A DNA stretch of 63,282 nt, counting the filler, from Octopus bimaculoides (Eukaryota): the NCBI RefSeq assembly GCF_001194135.2. It is 5 parts of 5 records of this genome, joined end to end, with 100 filler letters (N's around TTAATTAATTAA, not from the genome) between each part and the next. Parts side by side here need not be neighbours in the genome. Positions count along the whole stretch, not along the records: positions 25,998 to 42,043 come from NC_068988.1; 4 more parts are not named here. One strand, 5' to 3'. Every line of letters begins with the position of its first letter. Position 1 is the first letter of the stretch. The notes beneath the pieces were generated by a model. The model was given only the letters and a program-made list of their open reading frames with translations. It ran no database searches and was not told where the DNA came from. A program made the translations under genes and the position numbers. Shown here piece by piece: positions 26,388-40,496 of this stretch.

Positions 26388-27016
26388 NNNNNNNNNNNNN
26401 NNNNNNNNNNNNNNNNNNNNNNNNNNNNNNNNNNNNNNNNNNNNNNNNNNNNNNNNNNNNNNNNNNNNNNNNNNNNNNNNNNNNNNNNNNNNNNNNNNNN
26501 NNNNNNNNNNNNNNNNNNNNNNNNNNNNNNNNNNNNNNNNNNNNNNNNNNNNNNNNNNNNNNNNNNNNNNNNNNNNNNNNNNNNNNNNNNNNNNNNNNNN
26601 NNNNNNNNNNNNNNNNNNNNNNNNNNNNNNNNNNNNNNNNNNNNNNNNNNNNNNNNNNNNNNNNNNNNNNNNNNNNNNNNNNNNNNNNNNNNNNNNNNNN
26701 NNNNNNNNNNNNNNNNNNNNNNNNNNNNNNNNNNNNNNNNNNNNNNNNNNNNNNNNNNNNNNNNNNNNNNNNNNNNNNNNNNNNNNNNNNNNNNNNNNNN
26801 NNNNNNNNNNNNNNNNNNNNNNNNNNNNNNNNNNNNNNNNNNNNNNNNNNNNNNNNNNNNNNNNNNNNNNNNNNNNNNNNNNNNNNNNNNNNNNNNNNNN
26901 NNNNNNNNNNNNNNNNNNNNNNNNNNNNNNNNNNNNNNNNNNNNNNNNNNNNNNNNNNNNNNNNNNNNNNNNNNNNNNNNNNNNNNNNNNNNNNNNNNNN
27001 NNNNNNNNNNNNNNNN

Positions 27017-27048
<32 letters not shown>

Positions 27049-27883
27049 TACATGTACGAAGATATGTATGTGTGTGTGTTTATATGTTTAAATATGTATA
27101 TATTTATATATATATTATAGACTTGAATGGATATTTGTGGGAAAAACTCTAAAACTCTAATGAGTACAGAATTGTGTACGGAAACGTTGAGTATGGAAAA
27201 TTGGTTGGCAGGCAGGATCCCTAGTAACCTGTGTTGCGGTGTTACACCACAAGCTAATCCTTTGGTGCTTTTATGGCATCCATACTGTCGCCAGCATATG
27301 GATCAAATGTAAGGATTAAGGGTTAACTTCTTCCTTTCCTCACAGTTGCTATGGAGAGCACAACAAAAGTCTTTGGCGCTATTTTTTTTAAGACTATGGC
27401 ATTAGAGAAATGAGGCATAAGAGCACGCTTAACTAGGTTAGTGGAAGTATGAAAAGCAAACCTCACAAAACCATGCTCACTAGCAAACCTGAAACAGTTC
27501 GATATTCTTTTTACTGTAGTTTTATGAAACAAAATGTAAGACCTAATATTTCAAAAGATATAGAACTGGATTAATGGGTGATGCATGTTAAGTACAAATT
27601 ACCTCTAGACATTTTGTTAGATCTCAAACGAAAACACTGATTCCATATGCCTCTGTTTAGCTGTGTTTCAAGAAAAGAGACGAAATATTGGAACAAAAGA
27701 TTTTTCAAAGATTAGGTTTGTTTCATGTTCATCTAATGTTGCATAAGTAGCATTGAGGAAGTATTTAATGGATAAACTGTATTCGTAGAGAGTCGCAGGG
27801 AAATGATAGGTCGAAGTCTGTAACAAATGACAGTATCAAGTCTAGGACATCAATGTCCCTACTTGCTCTGTGTATATATGCAC

Positions 27884-27914
<31 letters not shown>

Positions 27915-28508
27915 TGTATGTATGTATGTATGTATGTATGTATGTATGTGTGTATGTATGTGTATCTATATCTACAAACTATCTATATGTATAACTACAA
28001 ACTCACAAGCATATAAAGAGGGAGGGAAAGCGAGAGAGAGGAAGAGAGTTACTTTCATCTTAGAACATCATTAATCCTGAGGATGACGCACAAATAAATA
28101 TTCTTTCGATAAAACCCGGAATTCAAGAAAATTGTTGAAGAACATGCGTCTTTCTTTCCCTGTCTTGATGCTGTTTCAGTAGTGTTGGTATGACATATGT
28201 CATGAGTTCGACTTGTTATTCTCACGGAGTTCTTCCCCGCTCCGAGTCTGACCATAGCCGATATCATCGAAAGAGAGAGAAAATAAGTTTGAGCGTACAA
28301 ATGCTTGAGCGAGATGAATCTTAAACAATACCGAATTAATGCTTTATCAGTTGAAAAAAGAAATAAAGTAAAGTTGACCTTCTGTGTATTGAGTACAAAG
28401 CGAAAGGAGTCAGAAAAGTAGCATAACGATGTCAAACTGACACGTTAACAGCACTGACAATTCACTGCCGTGTACGGGTAGGCAGACTATAAAATTTTCT
28501 ACACTTAA

Positions 28509-28722
28509 CCCTTTAAAGACGAGTATGGCTTTTTGACACACTGTTAAATTGTGAAGAAAACGGGTGTGATATATAAGTCGTATTGCGTCATAATCTATTT
28601 GATTGATACTCATGTATTGTTTTCTCTTTTTTTCGTCCTGCACGAAAAGACTTGCTACTTATATCCGGCCTTCTTGCTACTTATATACGGCTTTCTTGCT
28701 ACTTATAACCGGCCTTAAAGGG
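28509..28722. mobile_element. piggyBac-type MITE (214 bp)
   Basis: TTAA|CCCTTTAAAGAC ... GGCCTTAAAGGG|TTAA: a TTAA duplication and CCC-ended TIRs, with three subterminal repeats 'cttgctacttatatccggc'. Confidence 0.8.
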
Positions 28723-29569
28723 TTAAAAGTCTAATTTATCAGGCATTTTCATTTCTTACGTAGCGACCAAATGTATTGATATCTAAAGGCAGAATGCGGA
28801 TTTCCTTATGCATTACTTGCGATAATTTTCAATGTCACTAAAATAATACGTTCGGTAAACTTTGCTACTCGTCCTTCTGCGTATGATAAATAATCCTTTC
28901 TACTGTAGGCACAGGGCCTGAGCATTTTGAGCTTTGTTCCTTAGTCTCGACTTAAGCGACTACACCACTTATTCACGATATGTATTTTCAGTCACATGGA
29001 TTTAAACATTCTTACCTAAGACATCTGAGAGTTTAGTTAAGTTCGATAAATAAAGGTCTGTAATTACATTATTGTGACAAGAAGAATACAACGGCTTGAA
29101 CTTTCTTCCTTAATCTCAAGCTACACGTCTACATCACTTTGTCACTAACCAAGGTATTTTCACTTACATGATTTCAAATGCTTTTAACTAAGATATTTCA
29201 GTGCTTAGTTAAATTCCATAAATAAAGATATATTTTACCAGCTTGAGACTTCGGGTAAGCTGACCAAATGGAAATGACATTTATCGCATTAACAACTACA
29301 GCATTGACGTCCACTAAGTTCCAATAAGCCGGTTATTTGCAAACAATGTCGTCGTGGTAGACTCATCGCGTTTATTCTTACTTTGCTTGTAATCGTATTG
29401 ATTTTGTAACATCAGGATAAATTCACAGATGTTTCGAAAGAGTATAAGAAGCGCAAGGATAATGAAATGGTTAAAATCGACATTCTATATATCCAATATT
29501 ATAAATGCCTTTCATGACAATCATAAGAGATGTCACACAGAGCTTACTCAATATCACATATGCTGTGCA

Positions 29570-30552
29570 GGATAAAATGCTTTGTGGTATTCTGCCTAGC
29601 TCATCTTGCTCTGAGTTCAAATCGCACCAAATCCAAATAAGGCTTTATTTAATTCCTAATATTAACTTTAATATAGACACAAAACTCAGGGCAGTGAGCT
29701 TGCAGAATCGTTAGCAAAACGCGAAAATACTTAGCGATATTTCGCCCGCCTTTACGTTCTAAGTTTAAATGCCACCCAGGTTGACTTTGATTATCGTCCT
29801 TCCGGGGTCCATATAACAAGTACCAGTTGAAGTCCTGTAGCAACATTTGAAATCATTATAAAGGCGAAGAGCTGGCAGAATCGTTAGCACGCTGGGAAGA
29901 ATGTTCGATATTTTGACTGTCTTTACATTCTAATTTCAAGTTCGCTGAGGTCGACTTTGCCCTTCACCCTTCCGGGGTAAAAATTAATAAGTACCCGTTG
30001 GACACCGGGTTCGATGAAGTCGAGTCGCCGATTCCCTAAAATTGCTGGCCTTGTGCCAAAATTTGAAACCATAATAGACACAAAGCCCATATACATTAAA
30101 CAAGCGTGTAGTCGATTGTGTCAGGAAAAGTTGTTATTTGGTAGTTATAGTGGTATGGTGATGGTGTACTTTGCTTTCACGAACGGGGGCTCAAAATTAC
30201 ACAGCTAAAAGTCGATTATCGTTCTATGACCATCTATCTTCTTTTTTCTGTTGTCAATAGACTTATGAAGAAGTCTGATGTTGTTGGTTCTGAGTCTTGA
30301 TTAGCTGCACAAGCTCCACGATGGATGACTATTATTATAGTGGACATTAAGGCAGCGAGTTAGCACGCCGTTATCAGGCCGAGCAAAATGCTTAATGGCA
30401 TTTCGTCCGTCTTTACGTTCTGAGTTTAAATTATTCCGCCGAGGTCGAGTTTGCTTCCATCCTCTCCTAGTTGATAAAATAAGTACCAGTTAATCGCCTT
30501 AGCTCCTCCCCAATTCCTACTGGCTTTGTGTCAAACGTTGAAATTATTATTA
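29570..30552 (+). mobile_element. Cluster of about four degenerate SINE family A copies
   Basis: Heads or bodies at ~29570, 29690, 29862 and 30348. Confidence 0.75.
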
Positions 30553-30999
30553 TAGTGGGCATCGATTGTGTTGAGCCAGTCTCACTCCCATATCCTGTAG
30601 TTTTCAGGATGCAGGATTATATGAAGTTACATTCTCTTAGATGAGCAACTAAGCAGCTGAAAGGATTCATCTGCTCCTATCCGCTGGAGTGTCCCTAAGC
30701 GAATATTTTCTGGAAGGAATTTGGTGAAATGCTAATCAATCTAAAGCTGTAAACCTGACAGATGCTACAACTTCAGGTCAGAGTAGATCTTCCAACAATA
30801 GTGGTGAAGATTTTATTCCACACTTCTCAGAACTGTGGTACTCGTGCGCCAAGGACCCATGACCTAGGACATAGGGGTGTCAATACATACAAAATATGAG
30901 ATATCATCGCGTCCCTATATGGAGCAATTGCAGGCATCAGAAGACGCGGTCGCTAGCCGTCTCTGTTTATATGTAACCATGAAGGGTAGCATTAGTATC

Positions 31000-31375
31000 T
31001 GACCTTATCTATTACTTATTTCAGTCAATAGACAGCGGCCATGCTAGGGCATCACCTTCAAGAGTTATTATTTGGATAAATCAATCCCAATACTTATTTG
31101 TTGTTTTTAAACCTGTACTTATTCTATCAGCCTCCTTTGCCTAACCGCTAACATACGTGGACGTAAACACACCAACACCCTTTGTCAAGCCATGTAGGGG
31201 TCAAAGACAGGCACAAAGACTTACACATACACGCCTCATATACATAAATACATATAAGGCTTTATTCGACTCGAGGTTGTAGTAGAATACACTTGCCCAA
31301 GGTGCCACGCAGCGGGACTGAACCCGGAACGACGTGGTTGAGAAGCAAAAATATTACAACACTACCACGCCTGAG
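31000..31375 (-). mobile_element. SINE family B
   Basis: 'cacttgcccaaggtgccacgcagcgggactgaacccggaac' and 'tacttattctatc..ccgctaa'. Confidence 0.8.
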
Positions 31376-31969
31376 TATATCGTTAATTCTTAAAACAAAT
31401 ACAATGAAATTAATTCACAGAATTTTAGACATTTAAAGTGATAGCATCCAAGAAATTACTTTGTTGGAAAGAAAAATCACGTAGCATTTAACGGCATTTG
31501 AAGTATTTACATCTCTGCAAAGTTCCACTACCAAGGAGTAAATTCGTGGCCAATAACCTGGGACGTCCGCAAATGCATCTAAATACATGCAAGCTCTAAA
31601 CTCATTCACACATTCACTAATCTCTGATATAAATTACTCTCGAACATAATAATAAAACTCCTTCATTAGTGACAAGCTTGAATTTTGTGAAGAATTCAAA
31701 CATATCTGAAAGGAACATATGCCCATCGCTAACGGCTTGCACTGGAGGGTACTACCCACTCGCTATTTAATGCTGCACCGTCAGATTTACAGTGATACAA
31801 TCATTTCGAATCTCCACTTTAGCATTACTACAAAGTTGTGCCTACCCAGAATGTTCTGAAGCAACCCCAGGCACCAAGACCTTGCATTGGGCCTGAAGGA
31901 GCATCTATATGCCCACCCACAAATCCATCTATCAATATATCTATCCGTCAAACCAGCCAGCCAGCCAGC

Positions 31970-32015
<46 letters not shown>

Positions 32016-33334
32016 ACCAACCAAACAAATTATATGTATTTACATTTCTCAGCATTGGATTACTATGTGAACTGTTAGCCGAGTCCATAAATGGTGACAG
32101 CTACACGAATCTCTGAATCCGTATTTTATATTATAAATTTATATAGGTACGTATGCATGTCTGTTTATGTGAGTTAGTATATACAGGGAGAATCCATTAA
32201 AATTATATGCACACATGCACGTATATATGTATAGTCTTGTTGNNNNNNNNNNNNNNNNNNNNNNNNNNNNNNNNNNNNNNNNNNNNNNNNNNNNNNNNNN
32301 NNNNNNNNNNNNNNNNNNNNNNNNNNNNNNNNNNNNNNNNNNNNNNNNNNNNNNNNNNNNNNNNNNNNNNNNNNNNNNNNNNNNNNNNNNNNNNNNNNNN
32401 NNNNNNNNNNNNNNTATATATATATATACATACATACATACATACTTATATGTATATATGTATATATATATATATATATGCGTATACGAATATATCTGTT
32501 GGTCTTGTGTTTGCTTTCCAGTCCCTCTCATCACACGCACATGTATATAGCGTATGATATTCTTAATGCCATCGTAAATTTTGTTTCGTTTAGTCAACGA
32601 AAGAGAGATAGAACCGATTGCCTTTTTGCAGGTTCTTATACACCGATGAACCAGAAGAGAAAAAAAATTCTTCTAGTTCAGACAATAATCTTGATATAAA
32701 TTCTTGCAATAGACTGGAATCCGCGAAAGATATGAAAGGACAATGGTAGTACTATCAATCAAGAGCTACGATGAAATTTATGACTAATACAAATAGCTTA
32801 AACTGAGAACCAAAACTTTATGTAAGTCCACTCTCACCCTATTCATAATTAATACACATTCAACGTATAAAGATGTGACCCTTTAAGGATTGTGTCTTAT
32901 GAGTATTAAATATTAACACACTGTGTGTGGGAGAGAAAAGAAAGTGTGTGAATATAACGCTTTTGTAAATAGATTTCCATTTCGTTATTTGACAATCCAA
33001 GTTTAATTAGTCAAGTAGAAGTCATTATTTAAATACTACCTTCATTGAAGCTGCCTAGATATGGACACCATCCAAAATTCTAAAGCACGTCCAACACTAA
33101 ATCTTCTATAGATGAAATCGATAATTCTTCCCTGCCATTTTAATGTATGCAATTCAAACCTTTAGTTACTGAAACATTTTTCCACTCATGTAGAATGAAC
33201 AATAGTTCCTTTCATGGGATTCTATATTCCCTATGATTATAATACATGTGAATGTCGACTCGTGAAATGTAATCTTAATGTAATGAATAATAAGTAAGTT
33301 GGAAAGGCTGGCATAATCATTACCCCGCTGGACA

Positions 33335-33997
33335 AAAATGATCAGCAGTATTCCTGCAAACTTTACGCTCTGAGTTGAAACACCGCTGGGGTCGAATTTA
33401 CCTTTTAATATTTTGAGGTCAATAGAATAAGAAGCAGTTGAAAGCTGGGCTCGATGCCAGCCACTTACCCCTGCCCCCAAGATACTGGTCTTCTCAAAAT
33501 TTGAAATGGATATAGTAAATAACATGTAACCCGGCGAGCTGGCAGAATCGTTATCCCGCGTGAGCAGTATTTCTGCTGATTGTACGCTAAGACTTAAAAT
33601 GTCGCCTGGGTCAGTTTTAACATTTTATTCTTTCGAGGTCGATAAAATGCGTACCAGTGGTGCACTTGGGTCGATCTAATCGACAGACCTCTCCCACGAA
33701 ATTGCTGGCCTTGAACCAAAAGATTAAAACGAATATTGTGAATAGTAAGTAGATTTTAAAAAAAGCAACTCGCCAACAGCTACGACAAATAATCCTAGCC
33801 GTCGACAAACCGGGCGAAATTGTTAGCGCTATTTCGTCTGTCTTTACGTTCTGAGTTCAAATTCCTCCGAGGTTGACTTTGCTTTTCATCCTTTCGGGAT
33901 CGATAAATTAAGTACCAGTTGCGTTTTGTGGGCGATCTAATCGACTGGCCCCTCCCCCGAAATTTCGGGTCTTGCGCCTAGAGTAGAAAAGAATATT
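33335..33997 (+). mobile_element. Three degenerate SINE family A copies
   Basis: Bodies at ~33335, 33530 and 33810. Confidence 0.78.
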
Positions 33998-35036
33998 TCT
34001 AGCCGTAATTACATTTACATGGCAAAGCCGACAGATTGATAGAACTATTAGAGCCTGAGGTAGAATACATAGGGGCACTTATTCCGGATCTTTGCGCCTC
34101 GTGTTCAAATCTCGCCTACAGAAACATTGACTTACAGAAGTTGAGCATTAAAGATTCAGTCAGTTTTGATGGAATGACAGAGTCATTAGGATATCGAATG
34201 AGATGAATTTTCATTTTCTGTTGTTCCAGCGCTTCACGTTTTGAGCTCAAATATGCTTTATATCATCCGCAGCTGCAGGACGAGACACTGCAGTTATTTG
34301 GAAACCAGATTGAAGTAATAGATGTACAAAAATAAGAAAAAAATAAATTTAATAAAATGCAAATCATTTACACAAAGTAGGGATTATAGGTTAGAAAACG
34401 GAAAGGCAAACAGCTTTGTAGAAGCAAAACCTGTTCTCTCCCTGATAGAAAACCTTGCTTCAAAAGTCATCAATTTCTTCCCTCCATAGTATAAAAACTC
34501 ATCAAAATTTCTTAACATTGTATATCTGTGATATTTTCTGAAAATATCACAGATATATACTCTCATCTCTTTCTGCCTCTTTCACCCTCATCTCTCTGTT
34601 CCTTCTATCATTTTATCTTGACTGACCACTAGCCATCTCACATTCTATCTCATTATTTCTTTATTATATATATATCTCTCTCCTTTTTTCTCATTTTTCT
34701 CTCTTCATTTTTTTCCTTTTTTTTCTTCTCTCTTCCTGTTTTTGATTTGACCTTACAAACACATCCCCAACTTTAAAGTCACTTAAAAAAACCAAAAAAA
34801 AAACCCTCCAACAAATAACACCTTTTACAAGACTCTATGCTTGGAATGACCAATTATAATCAACACTGGAACCTACACACAAGGTACAGGAAACTTATAT
34901 ATACACCATTCTGCTCAAATAATGAAACTACGGGTACGATATCCTTACGTATCTCACTTCTGTTTTCCTTCCTCTACTTCACTCTGTATTTCATATCTTC
35001 TCTATAATAACTATTGCTTAACCATTTTCTCGCACC

Positions 35037-35090
35037 GTCTCTGATGAAGGGATATATATATATATAATATCCCGGAAAGAGCTGTAAGGC
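35037..35090 (+). ncRNA. Degenerate minimal type I hammerhead ribozyme (Penelope pLTR-like)
   Basis: GTCT-CTGATGA-aGGGATAT[loop]ATATCCCg-GAAA-g-AGCT-GTA-AGGC. Core boxes, a 7-bp stem II, a palindromic loop III and stem I pairing are present. Two positions (35074, 35079) break the consensus. Confidence 0.6.
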
Positions 35091-35153
35091 CTTCTCTTTA
35101 TAAATGTTCGGAAATCTTTTATAGCCTTGGATTTCTTATCTCGTTCTGTTAAC

Positions 35154-35200
<47 letters not shown>

Positions 35201-35204
35201 TATC

Positions 35205-35410
35205 TTTCTTATTGTCTGTGTTTGTTCCACCACCACCGCTTGACAACCGGTGTTGGTGCGTTTTCGTCCTAGTAACATAATGGTTCAACAACAGAGACCA
35301 ATAAGCTACAATAAATACCAGGCTTTAGAAACTAAGGGCTGCGGTCGGTTCATTGGACTAAAAGTTCTTGACGGTGGTGCTCCAGCTTGGGCGCAGTCTA
35401 AATACTGAGA
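35205..35410 (+). mobile_element. SINE family B 3' half
   Basis: 'ccaccaccgcttgacaaccggtgttggtg..gcggtcggttcattggactaaaag..ggtgctccagc'. Confidence 0.75.
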
Positions 35411-35420
35411 CATATCAAAT

Positions 35421-35500
35421 TGGGCGCATTCTAATTACTAATTACACTGGGCGCATTCTAATTACTAATTACACTGGGCGCACTCTAATTATTGAAAAAA
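35421..35500. repeat. 27-bp tandem repeat, about 3 copies
   Basis: tgggcgcattctaattactaattacac starts at 35421, 35448 and 35475. Related motifs occur at 35388 and 35502. Confidence 0.9.
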
Positions 35501-37840
35501 TTGGGCTCAGTCTAATTACTGAAACATATTAAATTACTGAAACATATTGAAAATAATTTCAAGGAACAATGCCGGAGGTTATGTGTGGTTGGTGATTAAT
35601 CGGGAAAGAGAAGCCTTAAGAAATCCTCTTCCAATCAGAGACCCGTTTTTTTTTCTAACTACACATGTGTACTAGACAACGACACCATTTGTTTTATGGA
35701 ACAGAAGCATGGATTATAAAGTAGGAGCTTGACGCCCGCCATTATGATCATTCAACAAGCTGTTTATGACGACAAAAATATCTCATGGCGCAAAAAAGAT
35801 GAAAGAGGAGATTTATAGCCACATACAACCCATCACTGTTGTTATTAATAAAGAATTCGTTGGCCATTCCTATCATATTGAACAAAAGATTTTATCAAGT
35901 AATTATATTTTGGAGATTTCTGCAGCCTGAAATAGGACAAAACTGCATTAATGTTATTGGCAAATTTAGACTGCAAGAACCCGAGAATCCAATAGCTTGT
36001 AAGGGACAGAGAGCCGTGGTACGGTATTGAGACTACCTCGGTTACTTTCGATCGACGTCTGTGAACTTAACTACTTAAGTGTACCTGCGGTGAACATCTA
36101 TGAACAATAGACCATTAATTCATCTGGATTTGCTTGTACTTGAACACCTATTGTGGTGGATCATTGCTATTACCTCCCTCAGTGTCATCACCTTATCGAA
36201 CTGTATTTATTCTATATAGAAATACTTTAAAATGTTCTGTATATTGAAGACTTGTAAGTTTAATGATTGTTTGTAAAACTCCTGCCAACGAACAGCCATA
36301 CTATATTAAACGACATTTATGAAAATCGTCCATTCATTGTAGCGTTCCCTGCTTTTTAACGTAATTGCAGCATATATTCCTTTATAAAACCGATCACTTT
36401 CTATGCGAATCATTCCATGCTGGAGAAATCTGCTCCTCTGAACAGTGAGTATTGAAAATAATCACAACTCACTAAGTGTATAGTTTTCTATACTTCACTT
36501 TCTTTTGAAAATATAGTTCCGTATTCAATATAGTATATTGAAAGCAAACAGCACACGCTAGCATTATCAAACTAAACATGACAGCAGCCAGTAAGATGCA
36601 TTATGATCATATTCATCTATAATTCCCATAATATAATACTAAATTCTCCTAAAATCCATAAATTTCTTAAAAGCATGAATTATGCATTTATTCTATTCTG
36701 AGAGAATTCAATAAAATCTTATGTTAAATGGTTTTTTTTCTCAGGTTATGGGATGTAAAATTTCTTGAATGCAAGAATAATAATATTAAATATAAATAAA
36801 TTATAAAGATAAATAAAAATAAAATAGAGTATAATAAAGATGTAAAATATAAATTTATGGAAAAATTGTAATGCCTTACTCTTTTGAGGGAGAAATTTCT
36901 CAAAACATCCAGTTAATTTTTTTCCAGCGAAAGAAAATTTATAATGCTTTAGAAAAACTTATAGAAAAAAATACGAAGTTTGAAGAATATATAATTCCAT
37001 GGCAAAGAATATTGAACTATGGGTAATGAAATTGCTCAAGTTTGAAATTAAGTCTTCGATTTTCCATTGGCGGCAAAAACAACAATAAAAATTGGTAAAA
37101 AGGAATGATCAGTGTGTTTTATATTTGTCTAACGTTTATTTTTTCTTTCACATGTTTTTTTTTTCCTGAATAGTTTTATTTCTTTTTATATATTTTTTAT
37201 TTGATATTGTCTACTATTTTTGGACAATAGATATATGACTCAACGGGTAAAATATTTGATAAAGGAACCTTATAGTTACGGCTGCAAGCATAAAGCTTTT
37301 CACAGACACGGATGTGTGTGTGAGTGTGTGCGTATGTTTGTGTATATACGCAAACATATACACATACCAACATATATAATTATGCCCATATACATGCATA
37401 AATATATTATGTATGTTTGTATATAAATATTGACACACCTCTCTGCTCTTTCTCCCTGTTAGTATTTGTATCTCTCGGCCTGTGATCCTCCATATGTCTG
37501 CCTCTCTGTGTAATTCTCAACATATATCACACTTTACTTGTGTGTAAGCATGTATGCATGTGTGTGTGTGTGTGTGTGTGCGTGTGCGAATGTACTATTT
37601 TCATATAAACGTATTCACGTTAGAAATAATATTACTACATATTTTACAGATATCTGTTATGTTTCTAATCTCTTTCTGTCTCCATGCATCCCCCATTTTT
37701 ATGTATGTATACGTACATAAATAAATACGAAAAACTCGCATATACGCAATTATACACACACATAATCATACATACCCTTCATATATCTGTATACACACAT
37801 ATATATACATACATACACACGCACATACACACGCACATAT

Positions 37841-37891
<51 letters not shown>

Positions 37892-38238
37892 AAATTGCAT
37901 ACATATATGAATATATATAAATATGCACACATATATATATGTATATGTATAAAGTTGCATATATATATGCATATATATTCATATATNNNNNNNNNNNNNN
38001 NNNNNNNNNNNNNNNNNNNNNNNNNNNNNNNNNNNNNNNNNNNNNNNNNNNNNNNNNNNNNNNNNNNNNNNNNNNNNNNNNNNNNNNNNNNNNNNNNNNN
38101 NNNNNNNNNNNNNNNNNNNNNNNNNNNNNNNNNNNNNNNNNNNNNNNNNNNNNNNNNNNNNNNNNNNNNNNNNNNNNNNNNNNNNNNNNNNNNNNNNNNN
38201 NNNNNNNNNNNNNNNNNNNNNNNNNNNNNNNNNNNNNN

Positions 38239-38269
<31 letters not shown>

Positions 38270-38380
38270 TGTATATATATAACTATATATGTATATATAT
38301 ATATGCATATATCCTTACATATATCTAGGTACTTACGTATAATTTTCATCATTATACTGCATATTATTATACTCAGCTCA

Positions 38381-38705
38381 CCTGTAATCAAGTTTATGGA
38401 GATATATGACAGCTATTCTGGGACTGACGTCAACTTGTTCTGCTATGTCGGAGGCCTTGTAACGAGGATTATCTTCCACGCTTCTCTTACCAAAGAGAAC
38501 GGTCATGTCAGAGGGCCTTGCTTAATATGGGCGAGGTGATGTGTACACCTTCCCCCTCTGTTGAATTGCACAATTACTCTATAAACTGTAGAAATCGGGA
38601 CGTCAAAGTTTTCTACAATTTTTCGCTATGTCTACCTTCAGAATTACCCACTATACAGCCTCTTGGAAATTCAGACAGTTCCAAGGCTTCTTTTGTATTG
38701 GCACG
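38381..38705 (-). mobile_element. Tc1-like transposase N-terminal (paired-HTH) remnant
   Basis: ELSEFPRGCIVG ... VEDNPRYKASDIAEQVDVSPRIAVIYLHKLDYR on the minus strand, with stops and frameshifts. Confidence 0.75.
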
Positions 38706-39098
38706 ATTAAACAGTCACACATAGAACCTGAAACATAAACATGTCAATTAATAAAAAAAATATAAACCTTTACAAGTTAGAATAAATATAAAAACTGTTG
38801 TATATGATGTCTATTTACTTCTGTCATGGCTCGTTAATTGAAGAACGCTCTATAATAATGGGTGTATAATACAATGAAATGCTCATAATAGAAAGAGCTA
38901 TGTTTGATCATGTCTCATACTAGGCTAAACGGTAACAACTGATTATAATGAAAATAATTCCCTAAAGTCAAACATTCGTGAATCGTGTACTTAATACTCA
39001 AAGAGCACAGAGTGCGATACTGAGATTCTTCGGGAGTATTCACTGCAAACTAATTTGCTGGTCCTCAAGAAGACATAAAATACCATCCGGTGGTAAGA

Positions 39099-39208
39099 CT
39101 CCAACTCAGAAGATTGGGGATAATTTCTGTTGCCCTCTTAATCACCAAAACTCCCAGCTCAGGAGATGGGGATAATTTTTGTTGCCCCCTTAGTCACTGA
39201 AACTCCCA
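39099..39208. repeat. ~52-bp tandem duplication
   Basis: actccaactcagaagattggggataatttctgttgccctcttaatcaccaaa versus actcccagctcaggagatggggataatttttgttgcccccttagtcactgaa. Confidence 0.85.
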
Positions 39209-39671
39209 AGCCTACTCTTGCTCGCAACATGTATTTGATCTGGAATTTTGAAGGTCTCTTTTTACAGGTGAAATTGCAGATGTTTATCCTGTTGCCAAGC
39301 TGTACAAAAGTCTAGCGAATGTTAATCCACAGACATTTGCAGCGTAAGCCACTCAAATCACGCGAAATAGCCTCTCTTCTGTATGGGAGTTAAATAGGTG
39401 AGATTTAAATAGCTGTCTTAACGATATCTAAATAGGTGCCTCAAAGATGCCTCAAGTAGGTGCCTTAAGGATGTCTCAAAATTGCAGGAGATTAGCAGAA
39501 TTATATGTAAATAAACATGAAAATAGTAACGAAAAACATGAATCTTGGGTCTTTAGATTAGGACACGAAGGTCCACTTTCATTAACGCCTGTAGAATCGG
39601 AACATTAAGCTACAGAGATACAGATAGAAAGAGTGAGAGGGGGAGGAAAGAGGGGTTAAAGAGAGAGAGAG

Positions 39672-39746
<75 letters not shown>

Positions 39747-40198
39747 GAAGATAGAAGAGACAGACACGAGAGAAAAAGAGAGGGGAACAAAGACAGATAG
39801 GGAGAGGGAGAGAGAGAGAGAGAAATAGAGAGAAGGGAAAGAGAATAGTGAGGTAAGAAAAGTCCCCGGTGTTTCTTGATAAGGCATGATATGCCCAATC
39901 GCTATTTCACCATAAAATTAAAAGTAGTCAAGAAGTGTACCTGTCAAAAGTAACCATTAATTACAGATCATCAGGGATCGATAATTTCGCCTACAACTAT
40001 TTTTCATTTTTACTGTCTTATACATGATCTAACTGGCAAAGAAGCGATATCAGAATGTGTGTGTGTGTGTGTGTGTATGTGTGCATGTTTTCATGTTTGC
40101 AAGCCTATGCCTGTTTGAGAATGCATAGAGATACATGTATATGCATGTATATACATACATGTGTATATTTATATATGTATGTATATCTATATGTGTAT

Positions 40199-40275
<77 letters not shown>

Positions 40276-40324
40276 TACATATACATGTGTATATTTATAT
40301 ATGTATGTATATCTATATGTGTAT

Positions 40325-40358
<34 letters not shown>

Positions 40359-40496
40359 GCAAATGTACATATATATATACATATTCATAACTCACACAAG
40401 ATTATATAAGGGCAGGATGCCAAGTCGTAAAACGAAGCTTACATGCCTTATGGTGTTATGTAAAGTATACCAAATACTGAGACATCAGAGTAAGCG

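Noticed and set aside
32612-32738. Exon-shaped open frame FLYTDEPEEKKNSSSSDNNL...
   Set aside because: Weak donor, low-complexity peptide, and no recognisable homology or partner exons.
38410-38490. + strand peptide DVNLFCYVGGLVTRIIF resembling CTBS exon 2 (DSELMCYAHSKGARVVL)
   Set aside because: There are no suitable splice sites, and the opposite strand gives a longer, better match to a Tc1 transposase N-terminus.
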